A DNA stretch of 39,128 nt from Gammaproteobacteria bacterium. GTDB taxonomy: Bacteria > Pseudomonadota > Gammaproteobacteria > Eutrophobiales > Eutrophobiaceae. The notes beneath the pieces are model-generated. The model was not told the DNA's origin, ran no database searches, and saw nothing but the letters and a program-made list of their open reading frames with translations. The translations under genes and the position numbers were made by a program. Of the stretch, positions 38,743 through 39,128 are shown in pieces. The stretch is taken from NCBI GenBank assembly GCA_003645215.1, contig QNEM01000003.1, positions 1 through 39,128 on the forward strand, written 5' to 3'. Positions within the stretch are counted from its first letter, which is position 1, and every line of letters starts with the position of its first letter.

Positions 38743-38862
38743 GTAGCTGTTCAGATTGCTCCTGTTTTGGTTCAGAGCAAGGAACAATTGCGCAGTTTAC
38801 AAGTGTAAATGAGCAATTCTGACGCTGTAATGGAGCAAAACAGGAGTGAGCTGAATAGTTAC
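38743..38862. repeat. 120-bp long-hairpin (MITE/ERIC-like) element
   Basis: Arms 38743-38769 and 38836-38862 are inverted repeats (22/27 Watson-Crick pairs), with an inner hairpin AATTGC..TTTACA-AG-TGTAAA..GCAATT. Confidence 0.7.
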
Positions 38863-39128
38863 CTAAATAGAGGCTTGTACACAGCGCAAAATTCCGTAGT
38901 CATAGCTTTCTTCCAGGGCTTCGTAGACCTGTTTTAAACGTCCCTGTTCTTCATCCTCCAGAGATTCAATCGCGAAAACTATCTCATCGTATTCCCGCTG
39001 ATCAAGATCGAGGACTTCTTTAACATCTAACAAGCCTGCTTCAATGGCTTCAGACAAATGCGCATAAATAGTTGAATGTTTCAGCTCACGTTTACTGACA
39101 ATTTTCTCAACATCTTCACCCCGTTGGA
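38863..39128 (-). CDS. C-terminal helix-turn-helix region of a probable RecQ helicase (partial; starts outside the window)
   Basis: Open frame QRGEDVEKIVSKRELKHSTIYAHLSEAIEAG...LKQVYEALEESYDYGILRCV resembles the HTH tail of long RecQ proteins. Confidence 0.6.
   Translation of the reverse strand, partial: QRGEDVEKIVSKRELKHSTIYAHLSEAIEAGLLDVKEVLDLDQREYDEIVFAIESLEDEEQGRLKQVYEALEESYDYGILRCVQASI

Noticed and set aside
1314-38787. Remaining short overlapping ORFs in the six-frame track
   Set aside because: They lie antisense or out of frame within well-supported genes and show no recognisable motifs.

Overview
A ~39 kb, fairly AT-rich chromosomal window, almost certainly from a gammaproteobacterium (inferred from the rng-yhdP, nudJ-mnmA and clpS-clpA gene pairs). 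I see no transposase, integrase, phage, CRISPR or rRNA/tRNA gene. From left to right it holds: (1) two paralogous Hanks-type Ser/Thr kinases, one truncated by the window edge and the other carrying a C-terminal cNMP-binding domain, around a CBS protein and a glucose-6-phosphate isomerase; (2) a four-gene 2-aminoethylphosphonate (AEP) biosynthesis operon (cytidylyltransferase, PEP mutase fused to a second NTP-transferase domain, phosphonopyruvate decarboxylase, AEP transaminase); (3) a frameshifted dxs and a divergent hopanoid module (hpnH, hpnM/MlaC-like, VacJ/MlaA-like); (4) glcDEF; (5) rng-yhdP; (6) a partial Mrp/Mnh antiporter operon; (7) nudJ-mnmA, acnB, icd-aceK, aceA, clpSA and the 3' end of a probable recQ. 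The most interesting observations are the phosphonate/isoprenoid/hopanoid neighbourhood, a Bacillus-type insert-bearing isocitrate dehydrogenase directly upstream of aceK, a dispersed modular intergenic hairpin element with CsrA/RsmA-like GGA loops, and a 120-bp MITE-like hairpin. Several single-base lesions in conserved positions suggest the consensus sequence may contain errors. All family calls come from motif recognition, not database searches.
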